DNA of 29,553 nucleotides from a virus (IMGVR_UViG_2579778538_000006:1-29553); one strand, 5' to 3'; positions 1-8,578 are shown, counted from the first letter of the stretch. Made by a program: numbers and translations. Notes: generated from the letters alone by a model not told the origin.

Positions 1-981
1 TTATAACGTCACTCCGCCTTTTAGTGGATTCAGAGCGACGGCGTTCTGCAGGTAGTCAGGCGCAAGATGCGCATAGGTCATTGTCTGCTGAATGCTCGCA
101 TGCCCCAGAATCTGTTGCAGTGCAATTATGTTGCCCCCATTCATCATGAAATGGCTTGCGAATGTATGCCGCAGAATGTGGGTTGCCTGATTGGGAGGTA
201 TGTCAGGTTTTACTCTGCGTAAAATCCCGCAAAACTTCTCATAATCGACCTTGAACAATTTGGCGCTGGCCTCCTCTTTAACTTTTTTCTCCAGTTCCTC
301 AGATATCGGCACTGTTCGCTTTTTACCGTTTTTGGTTTTCAGGAAGGTAACCCTGCAACTTGTAATCTGTGCTGGTTTTAGCGTGGCAACTTCCGTCCAT
401 CTTCCTCCAGTGCTCAGACATAAAAGCGCGACAAGTAAGTCATCACCAGTCAAAACATTTAGCAGTTTTTCGATTTCTGCTTTTTCCAGGAACGTCATTT
501 CAGGGTTAGCCTCCGTCAGTGGCGGCAGTCCGTGAATTGGGTGTTGCCCGGAAAATTCATCTAATTGAATTAATTTTGTGAACATGCCGGATAATCGGTA
601 CATGTCGCGGTTTATCGTTGCAGCACTGATGCCATCACGTAGTCGCATGGAGCGATAATCCATCAAAGCCCTTTTGTTCATCCGACTCACTGGTATATCA
701 CCTATACCGCTGATGGTTTTGAGCAGATGATTAAACTCTTTTGTCCCATGCTCGTGGTTTTGCCCGTGGTATTTCCACCAGATGTCGAGCAATTCTGTCA
801 AAGTTCGGCGGTCTGCTCGCTGGCCTCCCCATTCTTTCTGACTGGCATTGGCGATTGTGTATCGCTCAAATGCTAGTGCTTCAGCTTTTCTTTCAAATTT
901 CCTGCGGATGCGCTTTCCATCGCGACCGCGAGGCCTAATATCCACTTCATAACGTCCATCATCGAGCTTTCTGATACTCAT
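1..981 (-). CDS. int: Phage integrase, tyrosine recombinase (P2 Int-like), 326 aa
   Basis: Full ORF on minus strand; C-terminal catalytic region with H-x-x-R (ILRHTFASHF) and downstream Tyr (TMTYAHLAP) typical of tyrosine recombinases; position at prophage left end next to C repressor as in P2. Stop codon occupies positions 1-3, so att site lies outside the window. Confidence 0.9.
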   Translation of the reverse strand: MSIRKLDDGRYEVDIRPRGRDGKRIRRKFERKAEALAFERYTIANASQKEWGGQRADRRTLTELLDIWWKYHGQNHEHGTKEFNHLLKTISGIGDIPVSRMNKRALMDYRSMRLRDGISAATINRDMYRLSGMFTKLIQLDEFSGQHPIHGLPPLTEANPEMTFLEKAEIEKLLNVLTGDDLLVALLCLSTGGRWTEVATLKPAQITSCRVTFLKTKNGKKRTVPISEELEKKVKEEASAKLFKVDYEKFCGILRRVKPDIPPNQATHILRHTFASHFMMNGGNIIALQQILGHASIQQTMTYAHLAPDYLQNAVALNPLKGGVTL

Positions 982-1057
982 AAAGCCCTCCGATGAGCAC
1001 GTGTTTTCTTGTTGTTTGACCCTTTATGGTTGTGTGGTGAATATTTTTTTACCAGTA

Positions 1058-1078
1058 ACATGCATTTTATGTGCATGT
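1058..1078. repeat. Inverted repeat ACATGCA-N7-TGCATGT in the C-int intergenic region
   Basis: Read directly: acatgca ttttatg tgcatgt. Possible regulatory hairpin between C and int; function unknown. Confidence 0.3.
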
Positions 1079-1093
1079 AATTTCGGTAAATAG

Positions 1094-1387
1094 TTAGCCA
1101 GTTTTGCGGTCTGAGTGTGACGAGGTTGTTTCTTCTTGCCCAGAGTGTGCGACGACCGGGGAAATCTGCCCGGCTTCTGGCGCAACCTCATCTGTCATAA
1201 TCCACAGTGTATATTTTTTAAATAGAGGCGTGTTTACCACTTGCTTTACGATTTGTAGTCCAGGCTCTTTATGTCCTCCTTCGTAATTTTTCAATGAGCT
1301 AAGTGCTAATCCGCTAAGTTCGCAAAATTTTTTTTGCGTTAATCCCTCAGCTTTGCGGATTGCGCGAAGTTTCTCCGATATTTTCAT
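1094..1387 (-). CDS. C: Immunity repressor C (HTH, P2 C-like), 97 aa
   Basis: N-terminal helix-turn-helix (LTQKKFCELSGLALSSLKNYEGG); C-terminal half 'KYTLWIMTDEVAPEAGQISPVVAHSGQEETTSSHS' resembles recalled P2 C; divergent to cox; size close to P2 C (99 aa). Confidence 0.8.
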   Translation of the reverse strand: MKISEKLRAIRKAEGLTQKKFCELSGLALSSLKNYEGGHKEPGLQIVKQVVNTPLFKKYTLWIMTDEVAPEAGQISPVVAHSGQEETTSSHSDRKTG

Positions 1388-1535
1388 TTGACATGGTTCC
1401 CTTATGGAGACTATATTTCCCTCAAAAGGTACTTGTTTGGAAACCTTTTGGGGCGTGAGTCCAGCCAGTCAGGAGCGTTCCTGAGCGGTTTTGAAAGGGC
1501 TGGAACAAATAAGATTAGCACGACAGGTGTGTTTT
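1388..1535. promoter_or_regulatory. Divergent early control region (expected Pc/Pe promoters and C/Cox operators)
   Basis: Intergenic region between divergently transcribed C and cox; in P2 this interval holds the face-to-face Pe and Pc promoters. Exact -35/-10 elements not assigned. Confidence 0.4.
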
Positions 1536-1808
1536 ATGGACGCAAACAACTATGTAATTCAGTATCCGATTGACGCGGTACACCCTGATAAGTTCGCAGA
1601 ATTGCTCGGAAAACCGCGTACTGCGGTTGTTGAAATGATTAAAGCTAATAAGCTGCCGGTTGTTGAGTTTCGTGATCCAAACAAACCAAATGCTCGCGCA
1701 GGCGACAAACTGGTTTTCATTCCTGAGTTCAATCGCGGTGTGCATGAGGCGTTTTATAACCGACCGGTTGAACAGCGCGATGCATGGCTTTTGTGGATGG
1801 GGTTGTGA
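1536..1808 (+). CDS. cox: Cox-like excisionase / transcriptional switch protein, 90 aa
   Basis: First gene of early operon opposite C; C-terminus '...RDAWLLWMGL' resembles recalled P2 Cox C-terminus; internal ATG at 1536 chosen over the ORF-track start 1491 because it gives the P2 Cox size (about 91 aa). Confidence 0.7.
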   Translation: MDANNYVIQYPIDAVHPDKFAELLGKPRTAVVEMIKANKLPVVEFRDPNKPNARAGDKLVFIPEFNRGVHEAFYNRPVEQRDAWLLWMGL

Positions 1809-1810
1809 GC

Positions 1811-1981
1811 ATGAATGAGCCTCGTTGTATTGCTCAGTTATTGCGTAACGAAAGCCCCAGGGCGATTGACTTCACCATCACCCACGGGAAGGGGCGCAAG
1901 GGAATCATTATCCGTACCAAAAAACAGAGTCCGTTAAAAAAGGCTCTGACCTTTCTGAAAAGCCGGAGGGTCTGGAAATGA
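1811..1981 (+). CDS. Small hypothetical early protein (P2 orf78-position), 56 aa
   Basis: Short ORF between cox and the B-like gene, basic C-terminus; start overlaps cox stop region; no recognisable motif. Confidence 0.35.
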   Translation: MNEPRCIAQLLRNESPRAIDFTITHGKGRKGIIIRTKKQSPLKKALTFLKSRRVWK

Positions 1982-2478
1982 CAGTGATGACGCTCAATCT
2001 CGTTGAAAAACAGCCAGCAACTATGCGCCGGATAATTGGTAAGCATCTGGCCGTCCCTCGCTGGCAGGAGACATGCGATTATTATAATCAGATGATGGAG
2101 CGCGAACGACTAACGGTTTGCTTCCATGCTCAGTTAAAACAGCGTCACGCAACGATGCGTTTTGAAGAAATGAATGATGTCGAACGTGAACGACTGGTAT
2201 GTGCAATTGATGAATTGCGTGGGGCATTCTCAAAACGCCGTCAGGTTGGCGCAAGTGAGTATGCATATATTAGTTTTTTAACCGTCAGTCAGCGTCGCAC
2301 TTTATTTATGCACGCACGACTGACAGAAAAAGAATTTAACCAGCCATACTGGCGAATTAATGAAGAATCATGTTACTGGCGTGATGCTTTATTCCGTGCA
2401 TTACGTGAATTATTCAGTCTGTTTGAGTATGCACCGACAATTCTGACGTCGGTAAAACCAGAGCAATATCTGCATTAA
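1978..2478 (+). CDS. B: Early protein, P2 B-like (replication, helicase-loader-like) by position and size, 166 aa
   Basis: 166 aa, identical in length to P2 B and at the same position (after cox/orf78, before the orf80-83 cluster and A); ATGA start/stop overlap with upstream ORF. Sequence identity to B not verified. Confidence 0.5.
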   Translation: MTVMTLNLVEKQPATMRRIIGKHLAVPRWQETCDYYNQMMERERLTVCFHAQLKQRHATMRFEEMNDVERERLVCAIDELRGAFSKRRQVGASEYAYISFLTVSQRRTLFMHARLTEKEFNQPYWRINEESCYWRDALFRALRELFSLFEYAPTILTSVKPEQYLH

Positions 2479-2541
2479 GTAATTAACCAGAGTTTTTAAC
2501 GCACTTAATTGTGCGGGGCTTCTTTTTGCCTGGAGAAAGTC

Positions 2542-2766
2542 ATGCATACAGTTTCTGAAAATCAGTGCGGTAAATACGCATTACTGCTGCAACAGGCCAG
2601 AACCGAAGCACAGGCCGACGCAGCGACGCGCTTCTCTTCTCATCTTGACGCCATGATTCGCCACATCACAAAGGCGGAGTTATCCCGCGTGGAGATAGTC
2701 GAGCTGCTCAGTCAGGAGTCGGAAAAATTTCACAATATCGGATTATCTCGCGGGGAGGTGCTTTGA
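2542..2766 (+). CDS. Hypothetical early protein (orf80-position), 74 aa
   Basis: ORF with GGAGA Shine-Dalgarno 8 nt upstream of ATG 2542; stop overlaps next start (TGATG). Confidence 0.5.
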   Translation: MHTVSENQCGKYALLLQQARTEAQADAATRFSSHLDAMIRHITKAELSRVEIVELLSQESEKFHNIGLSRGEVL

Positions 2767-3068
2767 TGTCCTGTTCTCATTCAGTTGTATTACTGAATAA
2801 CGCCTTAAAAATCGCCGTTATGAAAAATGGCGATTTGTCTCTTATTCAACTTGGTCTTGATAAAGAAAAACGCGAAATAACTGAATCTGTTATCGCGATT
2901 TATCAGAACGAATTAAACCTCCTGTCTGATGTGGTCAATTTACTTGTGAAACGCGCTGTATTTAACAAGCAAATCTCCTCCGTGGATGAACTGACGAAAT
3001 TAACGACAGAAATCGCCAGCTATTGCGCTGATGAATTTAAGAAACTGAACGACAAAAGGAGCTGGTAA
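2763..3068 (+). CDS. Hypothetical early protein (orf81-position), 101 aa
   Basis: ORF translationally coupled on both sides (ATGA / TAATG overlaps); AAAGGAG RBS just upstream of the next gene. Confidence 0.5.
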   Translation: MMSCSHSVVLLNNALKIAVMKNGDLSLIQLGLDKEKREITESVIAIYQNELNLLSDVVNLLVKRAVFNKQISSVDELTKLTTEIASYCADEFKKLNDKRSW

Positions 3069-3292
3069 TGCCGGACAACGTGGATTTTATTCAGGAACAA
3101 CAGGCTGAATTACTGGAGCGCCAGATTAACGCGGCAAGGGGGAAGCATTGCGGTGTTTCTGCGCTGGTTTGCGAAGAGTGTGACGCGCCAATACCTGCTG
3201 CCCGTCGTGCGGCTTATCCGTCAGCCACGCGTTGTGTTTCCTGTCAGTCAGTCTTTGAAGCAAAAAACAAACATTACCGGAGAACGGCATGA
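3068..3292 (+). CDS. DksA/TraR-family C4 zinc-finger protein, 74 aa
   Basis: CxxC-x17-CxxC motif (CEEC...CVSC) with the spacing typical of TraR/DksA zinc fingers; located in the early operon just upstream of A as in P2 (orf82 position). Confidence 0.75.
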   Translation: MPDNVDFIQEQQAELLERQINAARGKHCGVSALVCEECDAPIPAARRAAYPSATRCVSCQSVFEAKNKHYRRTA

Positions 3293-3564
3293 GTATTCGT
3301 ATTGAAATTGGCGAACGTTATGTCGTTACCAGTGACAGCTTTCAGTTTATTCTCCACGAGAAAAAGAGAGCGGAAAGCGGTAAAAACGCCGGTCAGGAAT
3401 GGCTGGCGGTGGTTGGTTATTACCCGAAATTAAGCCAGCTCGTTTCCGGCCTGATGCATCACGATATTCTGACCGGAAGCGCAAAATCTTTTGCTGATTT
3501 AAACGCGCAGGTTGAACAACTCAGCAAGCGTTGTTCAGAGGCTTTGGGCTCATATGGCCGTTAA
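3289..3564 (+). CDS. Hypothetical early protein (orf83-position), 91 aa
   Basis: ORF coupled to upstream gene (ATGA overlap); no recognisable motif. Confidence 0.5.
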   Translation: MSIRIEIGERYVVTSDSFQFILHEKKRAESGKNAGQEWLAVVGYYPKLSQLVSGLMHHDILTGSAKSFADLNAQVEQLSKRCSEALGSYGR

Positions 3565-5839
3565 AGCCTCCGGGCGTTTTGTCCCTCCGTCAGCATTTGC
3601 CGCAGGCACCGGTAAGATGTTTACCGGTGCTTATGCATGGAACGCGCCACGCGAGGCTGTCGGGCGCGAAAGACCCCTTACACGTGACGAGATGCGTCAG
3701 GTGCAAGGTGTTTTATCCACGATTAACCGCCTGCCTTACTTTTTGCGCTCGCTGTTTACTTCACGCTATGACTACATCCGGCGCAATAAAAGCCCGGTGC
3801 ACGGGTTTTATTTCCTCACATCCACTTTTCAGCGTCGTTTATGGCCGCGCATTGAGCGCGTGAATCAGCGCCATGAAATGAACACCGACGCGTCGTTGCT
3901 GTTTCTGGCAGAGCGCGACCACTATGCGCGCCTGCCTGGAATGAATGACAAGGAGCTGAAAAAGTTTGCTGCCCGTATTTCATCGCAGCTTTTCATGATG
4001 TATGAGGAACTCTGCGATGCCTGGGTGGATGCGCATGGCGAGAAAGAATCGCTGTTTACGGATGAGGCGCAGGCTCACCTCTATGGTCATGTTGCTGGCG
4101 CTGCACGTGCTTTCAATATTTCCCCGCTCTACTGGAAAAAATACCGTAAAGGACAGATGACCACGAGGCAGGCATATTCTGCCATTGCCCGCCTGTTTAA
4201 CGATGAGTGGTGGACTCATCAGCTTAAAGGCCAGCGTATGCGCTGGCATGAGGCGTTACTGATAGCTGTCGGGGAGGTCAATAAAGACCGTTCTCCTTAT
4301 GCCAGTAAACATGCCATTCGGGATGTGCGTGCACGCCGCCAGGCAAATCTGGAATTTCTTAAATCGTGTGACCTTGAAAACAGGGAAACAGGCGAGCGCA
4401 TCGACCTTATCAGTAAGGTGATGGGCAGTATTTCTAATCCAGAAATTCGCCGGATGGAGCTGATGAACACCATCGCCGGTATTGAGCGTTACGCCGCCGC
4501 AGAGGGTGATGTGGGGATGTTTATCACGCTGACCGCACCGTCAAAGTATCACCCGACACGTCAGGTCGGAAAAGGCGAAAGTAAAACCGTTCAGCTTAAT
4601 CACGGCTGGAACGATGAGGCATTTAATCCAAAGGATGCGCAGCGTTATCTCTGCCGTATCTGGAGCCTGATGCGCACGGCATTCAAGGATAATGATTTAC
4701 AGGCCTACGGTTTGCGTGTCGTCGAGCCACACCATGACGGAACGCCACACTGGCATATGATGCTTTTTTGTAATCCACGCCAGCGTAACCAGATTATCGA
4801 AATCATGCGTCGCTATGCGCTCAAAGAGGATGGCGACGAAAGAGGAGCCGCGCGAAACCGTTTTCAGGCAAAACATCTTAATCGGGGCGGTGCTGCGGGG
4901 TATATCGCGAAATACATCTCAAAAAATATCGACGGCTATGCACTGGATGGGCAGCTCGATAACGATACCGGTAAGCCGCTTAAAGATACTGCCGCGGCTG
5001 TTACCGCATGGGCGTCAACGTGGCGCATTCCGCAATTTAAAACGGTTGGCCTGCCGACAATGGGGGCTTACCGTGAACTACGCAAATTGCCTCGCGGCGT
5101 CAGCATTGCTGATGAGTTTGACGAGCGCGTCGAGGCTGCACGCGCCGCCGCAGACAGTGGTGATTTTGCGTTGTATATCAGCGCGCAGGGTGGGGCAAAT
5201 GTCCCGCGCGATTGTCAGACTGTCAGGGTCGCCCGTAGCCCGTCGGATGACGTTAACGAGTACGAGGAAGAAGTCGAGAGAGTGGTCGGCATTTACGCGC
5301 CGCATCTCGGCGCGCGTCATATTCATATCACCAGAACGACGGATTGGCGCATTGTACCGAAAGTTCCGGTCGTTGAGCCTTTGACTTTAAAAAGCGGCAT
5401 CGCCGCGCCTCGGAGTCCTGTCAATAACTGTGGAAAGCTCACCGGTGGTGATGCTTCGTTACCGGCTACCACACCTTCTGAGCACGCCGCAGCAGTGCTA
5501 AATCTGGTTGATGACGGTGTTATCGAATGGAGTGATCCGGAGGTCGTGAGGGCGCTCAGGGGCGCATTAAAACACGGCCTGAGAACACCAAATCGTCAGC
5601 AAAGAGCCGGAAGCCCGTTAAAACCGCATGAAATAGCGCCATCGGCCAGACTGACCCGGTCGGAACGAATGCAAATTACCCGTATCCGCGTTGACCTTGC
5701 TCAGAACGGTATCAGGCCGCAGCGATGGGAGCTTGAGGCGCTGGCGCGTGGCGCGACTGTAAATTATGACGGGAAAAAATTCACGTATCCGGTCGCTGAT
5801 GAGTGGCCGGGATTCTCAACAGTAATGGAGTGGAGATGA
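3554..5839 (+). CDS. A: Replication initiation protein A (rolling-circle HUH endonuclease), 761 aa
   Basis: HUH-type motif (PHWHMM) followed by a two-tyrosine active-site motif (YIAKYISKN) typical of rolling-circle initiators; start at ATG 3554 (GAGG RBS upstream) gives 761 aa, the length recalled for P2 A. ORF-track start 3512 is probably too early. Confidence 0.9.
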   Translation: MAVKASGRFVPPSAFAAGTGKMFTGAYAWNAPREAVGRERPLTRDEMRQVQGVLSTINRLPYFLRSLFTSRYDYIRRNKSPVHGFYFLTSTFQRRLWPRIERVNQRHEMNTDASLLFLAERDHYARLPGMNDKELKKFAARISSQLFMMYEELCDAWVDAHGEKESLFTDEAQAHLYGHVAGAARAFNISPLYWKKYRKGQMTTRQAYSAIARLFNDEWWTHQLKGQRMRWHEALLIAVGEVNKDRSPYASKHAIRDVRARRQANLEFLKSCDLENRETGERIDLISKVMGSISNPEIRRMELMNTIAGIERYAAAEGDVGMFITLTAPSKYHPTRQVGKGESKTVQLNHGWNDEAFNPKDAQRYLCRIWSLMRTAFKDNDLQAYGLRVVEPHHDGTPHWHMMLFCNPRQRNQIIEIMRRYALKEDGDERGAARNRFQAKHLNRGGAAGYIAKYISKNIDGYALDGQLDNDTGKPLKDTAAAVTAWASTWRIPQFKTVGLPTMGAYRELRKLPRGVSIADEFDERVEAARAAADSGDFALYISAQGGANVPRDCQTVRVARSPSDDVNEYEEEVERVVGIYAPHLGARHIHITRTTDWRIVPKVPVVEPLTLKSGIAAPRSPVNNCGKLTGGDASLPATTPSEHAAAVLNLVDDGVIEWSDPEVVRALRGALKHGLRTPNRQQRAGSPLKPHEIAPSARLTRSERMQITRIRVDLAQNGIRPQRWELEALARGATVNYDGKKFTYPVADEWPGFSTVMEWR

Positions 5840-6291
5840 TGGCAAAAATTCACGAGGTAAAGCTGCACGCAAAATATTTCGACCTTGTGCTGGAAGGAAA
5901 GAAACGCGCAGAGTTTCGGAAAAATGACCGTAATTATGAGCACGGGGACACGTTGATTTTGCATGAATGGGTGCAGGGTGTGTATACGGGGCGAAAGGTT
6001 GAAGCCCGGATAACAGATGTTACTGACCTGTCAGACTGGCTGGAAGATTATGTCTTGCTAAGTATTGAGCTGCTTAATACAGGCGCATATGAGATTGTGA
6101 ACTGGAAAGAACTTAGTGAGCGTGGTCTGGTATTCAGAATTAATCATGAAATTATGCATCAGCTCGGCCTTGCTGTTATGTATGAACCAGAGACGGGGAT
6201 GTCTGGCGGGGCAATGGTTGCCACGGATGGAGCATGGAACTATTCAGATGAACAGATGGAGCGTGCACAGCAAAACGGGTGGCTTGGATAA
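5836..6291 (+). CDS. DUF3850/ASCH-like (PUA-fold) domain protein with C-terminal extension, 151 aa
   Basis: N-terminus 'IHEVKLHAKYFDLVLEGKKRAEFRKNDRNYEHGDTLILHEW' fits my recollection of the DUF3850 consensus (H.LK..P.YF..V..G.K..E.R.NDR....GD.L.L.E); start ATGATG overlaps A stop (5837-5839). Confidence 0.6.
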   Translation: MMAKIHEVKLHAKYFDLVLEGKKRAEFRKNDRNYEHGDTLILHEWVQGVYTGRKVEARITDVTDLSDWLEDYVLLSIELLNTGAYEIVNWKELSERGLVFRINHEIMHQLGLAVMYEPETGMSGGAMVATDGAWNYSDEQMERAQQNGWLG

Positions 6292-6497
6292 TGCACAGAA
6301 TACCAGGCGAGATACCGCACCATAAAACTAAAAATATCAAGCTGATGGCTATTGTTCAGCGTTTACAGCGGATTATGGTCAACGAAAATATGACGCCCGA
6401 TGAGCTGGTCGGGTGTGCCGAAATAGTCCGGGATAATTACGGGCGGTTTAATCATATCGGTCAATCAAGAGTTACGCCACCACCACGCAGACGATAG
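6291..6497 (+). CDS. Small hypothetical protein, 68 aa
   Basis: ORF whose ATG overlaps the upstream stop as TAATG (6289-6293), suggesting translational coupling; C-terminal Pro/Arg-rich tail; no known motif. Confidence 0.35.
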   Translation: MHRIPGEIPHHKTKNIKLMAIVQRLQRIMVNENMTPDELVGCAEIVRDNYGRFNHIGQSRVTPPPRRR

Positions 6498-6720
6498 AGA
6501 ACGCCGCCAGTCGTGAAACTTGTTTTCAGGGCTGGCGGGGTTGAACAACGAGCGAAGCGAGGCGTTAGTTGACAGACATATTTTTACTGCGTTGGTGCCG
6601 GTTTTTGACGGTTGAAAGGAGTTAGGTTGGAGAGCCAACAACTTACAAATATTCAAAAGTAAGCATCCTGTTGCTAACATGAGGTCGATTTTTTATGTGG
6701 ATGATGCAAAAAGGATAGCT

Positions 6721-7452
6721 ATGGATACTATAATCGCTTTTCTATCACTCGCTTTTTTCGTTGCTTTCTTCATCGGGTTAATCAAGCCATCACTGGTGCG
6801 AATGCCAAACCGCAAACGTGCAAGTGCGGTTTATCTCGGAGGAGGTTTTGTATTGAGCATAATTGGTTCAATACTCTATCCAACAGAAAAAAGCCAGCCA
6901 GTTGCTAAAACTGAAACATCAACCGTTGCAGAACACAAAGTCCAAAAAACATTCGAATATGGTGAAAAAACACTCAAGGAATATCGGAACGAGTCAAAGA
7001 AAACACGACACGATATTGTGAATAGTTACATTGATTTTAAGGAAGTTCCAGCCACCGCGTCAGATGCGTTTTATGCCTGCATGAGTGAGTATACATTTAC
7101 CAAAGATGATGAGTTGAAACTCGGTGATGTTCTTGGGTGGTGCTTTAATGATTATGAAAATGACCCGAATTCACTAAACAATAAAATCAATCTTGATACA
7201 TTTCAGAGTAATTTTAGTGGTTGGGATGGTTCTTATCGTCCATTGGAAAAACTAATTAAAGATAATATGAACGATGATTCATCTTATAAACATGTGTCAA
7301 CGGTATATCATTTGGTTTTGAATAAAGACCCGTACGCTATTGTGAAAACTACGTTTCGCGGTACTAATGCTTATGGTGGAGTGGTTAAGCAGACTATAGC
7401 TGCGCGCGTCGACATACGAACGGGAGAGGTTGTATCAATATTAGATAATTGA
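6721..7452 (+). CDS. Membrane-anchored hypothetical protein (two N-terminal hydrophobic segments), 243 aa; AT-rich cargo
   Basis: AAAGGA RBS upstream of ATG 6721; N-terminal hydrophobic helices (IIAFLSLAFFVAFFIGLI and AVYLGGGFVLSIIGSILY) followed by a hydrophilic domain; visibly AT-rich codon usage unlike the prophage backbone. Confidence 0.6.
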   Translation: MDTIIAFLSLAFFVAFFIGLIKPSLVRMPNRKRASAVYLGGGFVLSIIGSILYPTEKSQPVAKTETSTVAEHKVQKTFEYGEKTLKEYRNESKKTRHDIVNSYIDFKEVPATASDAFYACMSEYTFTKDDELKLGDVLGWCFNDYENDPNSLNNKINLDTFQSNFSGWDGSYRPLEKLIKDNMNDDSSYKHVSTVYHLVLNKDPYAIVKTTFRGTNAYGGVVKQTIAARVDIRTGEVVSILDN

Positions 7453-7517
7453 TTATAAGCAATGAGTGTTGAATGGTTTTCTGCACTCATATAAATATGA
7501 ATTTTTTAGGTGATGTA

Positions 7518-8453
7518 ATGGAATATCAACTGGATTTACAAGAGAATGCTATTGATAGTTTTAATGAAGCTTTAGCAAAGTATGAGTTAGGGCAGAGAGG
7601 AGAATTGCGGCAATATAAATTTGCTATCTTGCATTTGTCACATTTTCTTGAGCTGGTGTTGAAGTTATATATTGTTACAGTAGATGAAAATTTACTGTAT
7701 TCCGATTGCTATAAACAAATAGCTACAAGAGCAAAGCAAGAATCAATCAGTCTTTTAGACGCATATAATAAAATTATCGAGGATGGCGTTGATTTAGGAA
7801 GGTTCATTGAAGGGAAATCTAAGCCATATACGATAACCTTAGATCAGGCACTAAACTTTGCTAAGTGTGAGAAATGCGGCATAACTGGGGTTGATTTTGT
7901 AGATATTGATTTTTGTAATGATATAGCTTGGATAAAGAATTTAAGAAATGATATTGAGCATTATCAATTCAGACTTACTCCTAAAGACGCGCGCTTGTGT
8001 ATTGGACGCCTCGTCCGGGGGGTAGCTGAGTTTATTGATATCTTCGATCTTTTTAATCTTGAAGATGAAGTCGGTGCAGATAACTTACAGATATTTCAAA
8101 CTTTAGCTGATGAATACTCTCATCGGCTCTCTGAAGCCAAGAAAGAAGTTGAAGAAAGAGAGGCTGAAGCTTTTTATGGGGTTAGGCATAAATTTTATGA
8201 ATTGGTCGATTGGAAAGTTTATGAATGTCCTGAGTGTTCTAACGACACAATGATTCCCTCTGATGAGTCTTCTACGGGTTACAAATGCACTTTTTGTCAG
8301 AATGAAGATAGTGATGATATTGATGTTGCTTGCGATTGTTGTGGTGCGCAGGCTCCCAGCAGCGAAATGAGCATTTGGCCAATGGATGATGGTGATGTTG
8401 AGTATCGTTGTTACTACTGTTCAGGGCAGTATCAGGCAGATAAAGACTTTTAA
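7518..8453 (+). CDS. Hypothetical protein with HEPN-like R-N-x3-H motif and C-terminal Cys-rich zinc-ribbon-like tail, 311 aa; AT-rich cargo
   Basis: AGGTGA RBS upstream of ATG 7518; 'LRNDIEH' (Arg codon 7944-7946, His codon 7959-7961) matches the Rx4-6H HEPN signature; C-terminus has four CxxC pairs (CPEC, CTFC, CDCC, CYYC); AT-rich; follows the membrane ORF after 65 bp on the same strand. Confidence 0.6.
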   Translation: MEYQLDLQENAIDSFNEALAKYELGQRGELRQYKFAILHLSHFLELVLKLYIVTVDENLLYSDCYKQIATRAKQESISLLDAYNKIIEDGVDLGRFIEGKSKPYTITLDQALNFAKCEKCGITGVDFVDIDFCNDIAWIKNLRNDIEHYQFRLTPKDARLCIGRLVRGVAEFIDIFDLFNLEDEVGADNLQIFQTLADEYSHRLSEAKKEVEEREAEAFYGVRHKFYELVDWKVYECPECSNDTMIPSDESSTGYKCTFCQNEDSDDIDVACDCCGAQAPSSEMSIWPMDDGDVEYRCYYCSGQYQADKDF

Positions 8454-8578
8454 TTTGCTGTTAACTGCTAGGGATGAAGTTAAAAATCATAGGACTCATC
8501 GTTAATTTATACTCAAATTTGTTTGATTTCTGCATTGCATACAAAAGATGCATTTTTTTGCATGCGTCAGACGTGCTT

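Noticed and set aside
251-938. Plus-strand ORFs (251-535, 741-938) inside the integrase gene
   Set aside because: Antisense shadow ORFs fully within a well-supported int CDS; no RBS or motif support.
1491-1535. ORF-track start at 1491 for cox
   Set aside because: Gives 105 aa; the internal ATG at 1536 gives the P2 Cox-like size and leaves room for the Pe/Pc control region.
3068-3292. Possibility that the 74-aa zinc-finger protein is the Ogr late-gene activator
   Set aside because: Cys spacing CxxC-x17-CxxC and location in the early operon fit TraR/DksA; Ogr lies next to attR at the other prophage end in P2, outside this window.
3512-3553. ORF-track start at 3512 for gene A
   Set aside because: Would overlap 52 nt of the upstream gene and give 775 aa; ATG 3554 with upstream GAGG gives exactly the recalled P2 A length (761 aa).
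3531-5384. Alternative-frame and antisense ORFs inside A (3531-3863, 3980-4249, 4815-5384, 5078-5326)
   Set aside because: Embedded in a long, well-supported CDS; typical spurious ORFs of GC-rich coding DNA.
6116-6325. 69-aa ORF overlapping the 3' end of the DUF3850-like gene in another frame
   Set aside because: Largely nested in a better-supported CDS; the TAATG-coupled ORF starting at 6291 is the more parsimonious small gene.
6721-8453. Assigning the AT-rich pair as P2 tin and old
   Set aside because: Neither protein has a Walker A ATPase motif expected for Old, and sizes do not fit (Old is much larger). A Tin relationship for the 243-aa protein cannot be excluded without a search, so they are called hypothetical.
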